From Tortispora ganteri (lineage: Eukaryota), in assembly GCA_003707115.1 (NCBI GenBank), contig PPNB01000005.1, positions 62,001 through 126,000 on the forward strand: 64,000 nucleotides of DNA, written 5' to 3'. Shown here piece after piece: positions 59,623 to 64,000 of this stretch (positions are counted from its first letter, which is position 1; the number at the start of each line of letters is the position of its first letter). The position numbers and the translations under genes were made by a program. The notes below the pieces were generated by a model. It was not told where the DNA came from and did no database searches. It worked only from the letters and a program-made list of their open reading frames with translations.

Positions 59623-61329
59623 ATGGTTAATTCACAGGCTGAACTGGATGTTCCATACGTATTAAAAGGTAAAATTGGCCGTGGAGCCTTCGGAAGCGTG
59701 TACCGTGCAGTAATACAGAATGATAACGCAACTGTCGCACAACCAAGATCTGTAGTCGCCGTGAAAATCATTGATTTTGATGATACGGGTGATGACGTAA
59801 ATGTAATAACGAGAGAAATTACAATGCTGTCACAGCTAAATTCTCCTTACATTACGAGATACCTCTCTAGCCACATATATGATAGCGAGCTCTGGATAGC
59901 AATGGAGTACTGTTCTGGAGGATCGTGCGCTGCGCTGCTTAAGCATGGCGTATTTAAAGAACCTGAAATATCTTTTGTTATGAACCAGGTTTTGAATGGT
60001 CTCTCTTACCTACATTCCGAGAAAATTATACATAGAGACATAAAGGGGGCGAACATTTTAGTCTCTGGCGACGGTCAAGTCAAGTTAGCGGACTTTGGGG
60101 TTTCTGGAAAGATTACATGCACGATTTCTAAGCTCAATTCATTCGTAGGATCGCCTTACTGGATGGCACCTGAAGTCATAAATAATTGCAGCTACAATAC
60201 TGCCGTCGACATATGGTCTTTAGGCATAACTGCTATTGAGCTCGCTAAAGGTGCACCACCGTTGTCCGACTTGGATCCGATGAACGCGTTACTGAAAATA
60301 ATCTCTAATGTTCCACCTACGCTTACGCCACGAGCAGATTTTTCTAAGAAATTTCATGGATTCATCTCTTTGTGTTTGTCCAAGAACCCAGAAGACCGTC
60401 CTTCGGCCAGCACGCTGCTAAAGCATCGTTTTGCCATATCATCGGGTCACCTAGACTCACTCTCGGCATTGCTCAGTCCAAACAGGGCGCAAAATGGTGC
60501 AAAAGAGCTCAATGGTGCGGGATCAATATCTGAACTATTTCATCCACTAGAAATGCCCTCGCCACGCACTCCCAGTTCACCGCAAGCAGCGATGAGACTG
60601 TTGCGGACTCCGAAATCTGAAATGGATGTGGACGCAGCATCATGGGACTATTCGACGGTGAAGCTTCCTTTACGCAAAACTGACTGCACACCATATATAA
60701 ATACCAATACCCAGACTGGTTCTAGAACCAAGAATACCAATACCAATATCGATCAGGAAGTCGAACAAGCTACACTAAGGCTGCGGCACAACCCTGTTGC
60801 TCAACACCGACAGGCCCCTGTAGCGCCGTCGTCTAAAGCAGTCTGGCAGAAACACTCCTCTGTATCAGATATACAGAACTCAGTAGTGTTGGCAATAGAG
60901 AGGTTGTCGACGGGCTCAACAGAACCTCGCGTGGTCGACGGTCGGAAGTTAGGAGAAGCCGCTGGAGACGCTGCCGAAGCCGCACCAGACAGACTCAAAT
61001 TAATTGAGAACGGCAAAATGACAGTAAAATGTCCGCGCAAGGACAAATGGCAGCAGAATATCTTGACTGCTGATGAGACAGAGAACATTCCTCCAGATAT
61101 AGGAGTTCCAGAACCGGCGAGTTGTTATCCCACACAAACATTAAGTGACAATGTAATTGAGCACGTTATTTTTCAGTGGATTAATGTTATCAAAAATCGC
61201 AGCGAAGGACTGCAACACCAAGCTGCCAGGCTTCTGGATGTGTTTTCCTCAGCGGACAGCGATCTACCCGGGGCATCAGTGGTTCTTGTGAGGCTTTTAA
61301 CTGAAGTAGTCATTAATGAGTTATTGTAA
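59623..61329 (+). CDS. Ste20/GCK-family Ser/Thr kinase
   Basis: N-terminal kinase domain: GRGAFG, VAVK, WIAMEYC, HRDIKGAN, DFG, GSPYWMAPE, DIWSLGITAIELAKG. Confidence 0.9.
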   Translation: MVNSQAELDVPYVLKGKIGRGAFGSVYRAVIQNDNATVAQPRSVVAVKIIDFDDTGDDVNVITREITMLSQLNSPYITRYLSSHIYDSELWIAMEYCSGGSCAALLKHGVFKEPEISFVMNQVLNGLSYLHSEKIIHRDIKGANILVSGDGQVKLADFGVSGKITCTISKLNSFVGSPYWMAPEVINNCSYNTAVDIWSLGITAIELAKGAPPLSDLDPMNALLKIISNVPPTLTPRADFSKKFHGFISLCLSKNPEDRPSASTLLKHRFAISSGHLDSLSALLSPNRAQNGAKELNGAGSISELFHPLEMPSPRTPSSPQAAMRLLRTPKSEMDVDAASWDYSTVKLPLRKTDCTPYINTNTQTGSRTKNTNTNIDQEVEQATLRLRHNPVAQHRQAPVAPSSKAVWQKHSSVSDIQNSVVLAIERLSTGSTEPRVVDGRKLGEAAGDAAEAAPDRLKLIENGKMTVKCPRKDKWQQNILTADETENIPPDIGVPEPASCYPTQTLSDNVIEHVIFQWINVIKNRSEGLQHQAARLLDVFSSADSDLPGASVVLVRLLTEVVINELL

Positions 61330-61373
61330 GTCAACCAAACAGACAATTATTGTCAATAAATCAATATAATTGG

Positions 61374-62117
61374 TTAATCTTTAAGCATAAGTATTTGATT
61401 CAAAGATTTTTCGTCGGCTAATGCTTTCCTTTTTGATTCTATGTACTTTCTCCGGTGAGCGAATCTGGATATCGGCAGAGTAGGCGAACTGGTTTTCGTT
61501 ACTTCACTTTGATTATGAGTAAGACTATCGTTATGATTCTCTTCTGATCGTTTAAACTTCTTAGAAGACTTATTTTTATCCAACCGCAATTTCTTTCGCT
61601 CCTTTTTGTCTTGATCTGATTCTTTTGATTTCTTGCGTTTCTTCTTTTTATCCTTATTCTTCTTTCGATCTTTGTGTAAAATCTCCTCTTTATTTACAGT
61701 TAATTCAGTTTCAACCTCCTCAATGCTTCCTGATAAACATTCGCCTTTGATAAATTCAATACCGAATCGTGATCGCAACTTTTCTTCGCGTTTAATAGCT
61801 AGCCCCGTCTCTGTAAGTTCTTCTTTCCCATTCAGCTTACCTAATATCCGTTGAAACGCATCTAAACCATAATATTCATCATCTCCTGTTGCAGACATTT
61901 TCTTTGCGCCTATCCCAAGATTATCGTCCTTTACCGATATTTTAATGTGCGATGTTAGCGCATCTACTCCACTTGATCTGATACCCAACCCTTTCCCTGG
62001 CGTCCACCCCAGCGCCGACATGTGTTTATGACCAAATCTATTAACATCGTTAGACCACAAAGTATTTCTCGGATCTTTGCCAATTTTCTGCTTGTTCTGT
62101 TTGCCTGCAAGGCCCAT
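61374..62117 (-). CDS. PXR1: G-patch protein Pxr1/Gno1 (PinX1)
   Basis: MGLAG...DPRNTLWSND, FGHKHMSALGWTPGKGLG, KDDNLGIGA, Lys-rich tail. Confidence 0.93.
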   Translation of the reverse strand: MGLAGKQNKQKIGKDPRNTLWSNDVNRFGHKHMSALGWTPGKGLGIRSSGVDALTSHIKISVKDDNLGIGAKKMSATGDDEYYGLDAFQRILGKLNGKEELTETGLAIKREEKLRSRFGIEFIKGECLSGSIEEVETELTVNKEEILHKDRKKNKDKKKKRKKSKESDQDKKERKKLRLDKNKSSKKFKRSEENHNDSLTHNQSEVTKTSSPTLPISRFAHRRKYIESKRKALADEKSLNQILMLKD

Positions 62118-62259
62118 AGTCAAAGTTGCGTTATGGTGGGGAAGGAAAGAAGAAAAAAATATCAGGAATCAAGTATCCTTTTATTCTCCCAATGAAGCAA
62201 AAGTACTACACAATGTAGGAAAATGTCATACAATCATATAAAATCGCACAATTTTAAGC

Positions 62260-63999
62260 CTAAATTTCAACAATTTTGGCTTTCTTTTTCTTCTTCACTT
62301 TTGTTCGTGTAGTAGAAACATTAATATCGTCATCCACTGAGTTCTTTAGCTTCTTTTTGCTCTCAGACTTCTTCTTCGGCTTCTTCGATCGCGCCTCTTC
62401 CAGTGCTAATGACTCCTTCACTTGCTTAATCGCTTCTTGCTCAGCGTCGTACTCTCCTTCCTTTAACTGCGGTTCAGCAAACAAATCAACGTCTTCTAGT
62501 TGCTTGCGGTTAAGGTTGAATATACCCGCTTTGCTGCTACCTCTTGAGTGAGATACAGCTCTCGATTCGCTCGTTTCTTGTTCTTCCGTATCACCGCCTT
62601 CTAAGTTCTCATCCGCAAGAATAGCTACTCGTGGCTTCCGCGCAGCTTTTTTCGCTTTATATTTCGATTTATCATTTAAACTCATTGCGCCAATCTCAGA
62701 GGCTAAGCTCGACGAAAGATTGTCTGCAACAGCTGGCCCAGTAGACGGAATAGACTCATGGCTTCGGCCGCTAGGTGACCCTGAATCCATAATGTAGAAA
62801 GGATCATCTCGCTGCCTGTTCATCCGTTCTTGCAGTTTCTGTGCAGTATCAGTTTCAGATATATCTTCAGATGACGGCTCATTACCTGACATTAGTTCGG
62901 ACTGAATTTCGTCTTCGCCATCTCCGTCACTGCTGAGATCCCATTCAATGTTTTGCAGAATCGCAATTGCTTCGGAATCAATTGGAGCATCTAAGTCCAA
63001 GTCATGCGGAGGGCGGATTTTTCTTTGAGCAGAAGGAGCCATTGCATTAAGTTCCCATTCATTGAACAGCGAAGGCAGAGCCCGTACAATTAGTTTCGGC
63101 GGCTGGATCAGTCCATCAACTTCGGTTTCCGAACTCTGAACCAATGAATCGAGAATAATCTGGAAAAGCTCTAAAAATTCCACAGATCGCTCTTGTACTT
63201 CTATAACCATAGATTGTGAATGAATTTCGAGCCAGGAAATTAGTTCTTGTGCGAGTGATTTTGCAGACTTATAATGTTCCAAAGACCATTGCACATATTC
63301 CTCATTTGCAATGTACTGCGCATAACTCTCGTTAGAAGGACACACTTCATGTGCGTATACCTTGGGTAGTGCTTGCATCGCAGTAGCTAATAGAGAACTG
63401 GAGTCTACTGCTCGCAAGCTCTTAGTATACCTGATAACAGAACGAATAGCACCTGGTCGATCCTGAAGATAGTGTGCATGTTCTCCGATGATCCAGATAG
63501 CGTATTTAATGAGAGAAAAGTGAGGTTGCGCCTCTATAGAGCTTTGATTAGTAAAGGCAAGATCAATCAATGTTTTAGCGGCAGCCACAGACTCAGGGCG
63601 CACGTCGCGTACCCGAACTGTGATATTGCGCAATTCGAAGCCAATTCTATCTGCACAGTCTGGTAAATCTCCAGATAAACAGGAAAGATCTAGCAAAACA
63701 GACGTGTACCAGTCGAAGTTAGTAACATGTTCATAGTAGTTCGTTGAGCACATGTCTAAAATGGTATTTATCACAGCGACTCGGTAAGATACGGGAAGAA
63801 GAACAGTCATACCATAATCATTCCCAGATACATCTGATTGGATTAAGTTGCTAGCAGCATTCGCAGCTGGTGACCCTTCTGGTGGGTAATTTTTTGGGGC
63901 GGCTAATTGCAGCAGGAGTTTCGAAACCAAGTCGAATAGTGAATCTTCAGTAACAATTCCAGGCAGCAACGAAAGAGCACTACGGCGAATTGCAAAATC
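62260..63999 (-). CDS. APL5: AP-3 adaptor complex delta subunit (5' part runs off the window)
   Basis: DFAIRRSALSLL, NYYEHVTNFDWY, WIIGEHA, EVQERSVEF, ELNAMAPSAQRKI..P.DLDLD, RQRDDPFYI. Confidence 0.9.
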   Translation of the reverse strand, partial: DFAIRRSALSLLPGIVTEDSLFDLVSKLLLQLAAPKNYPPEGSPAANAASNLIQSDVSGNDYGMTVLLPVSYRVAVINTILDMCSTNYYEHVTNFDWYTSVLLDLSCLSGDLPDCADRIGFELRNITVRVRDVRPESVAAAKTLIDLAFTNQSSIEAQPHFSLIKYAIWIIGEHAHYLQDRPGAIRSVIRYTKSLRAVDSSSLLATAMQALPKVYAHEVCPSNESYAQYIANEEYVQWSLEHYKSAKSLAQELISWLEIHSQSMVIEVQERSVEFLELFQIILDSLVQSSETEVDGLIQPPKLIVRALPSLFNEWELNAMAPSAQRKIRPPHDLDLDAPIDSEAIAILQNIEWDLSSDGDGEDEIQSELMSGNEPSSEDISETDTAQKLQERMNRQRDDPFYIMDSGSPSGRSHESIPSTGPAVADNLSSSLASEIGAMSLNDKSKYKAKKAARKPRVAILADENLEGGDTEEQETSESRAVSHSRGSSKAGIFNLNRKQLEDVDLFAEPQLKEGEYDAEQEAIKQVKESLALEEARSKKPKKKSESKKKLKNSVDDDINVSTTRTKVKKKKKAKIVEI

Positions 64000-64000
64000 C

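Overview
Gene-dense, essentially intron-free 64 kb of a budding-yeast-type (Saccharomycotina-like) nuclear chromosome. It uses the standard code: CTG falls at conserved Leu positions in eIF2alpha, CPA2 and the kinase. About 25 mostly single-copy housekeeping genes are present: ERV46 (partial), a mitochondrial helical-repeat protein, HSH155, BIK1, CPA2, an SRA1/Sec31-C-like small protein, a PWWP protein, BRR2, RDH54, SUI2, an Mms1/DDB1-like protein, CAB3-like PPCDC, GYP8, HFL1, ZRT3, CSF1, SOH1, BOR1, RIM101/pacC, a CPI-motif gelsolin protein, MDM20, UBX5, a GCK-type kinase, PXR1 and APL5 (partial). There is one accessory island (about 20.2-23.6 kb) holding a PA14/GLEYA-like adhesin-type gene with an 18-bp tandem repeat and an internally deleted tandem pseudogene. 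There is one unexplained ~1.4 kb intergenic region (33.2-34.6 kb) with a CCAAT/TTAGGG/CACGTG cluster. The most notable signals are: an SF3B1/Hsh155 whose cancer-hotspot patch is natively rewritten; candidate degenerate introns in the adhesin gene; a stand-alone mini-Sec31 carrying the GWNDLP motif; and a Rim101 with an altered finger-3 recognition helix. No tRNA, rRNA, CRISPR or intact transposon was recognised. All calls are by eye from motifs; no searches were run.
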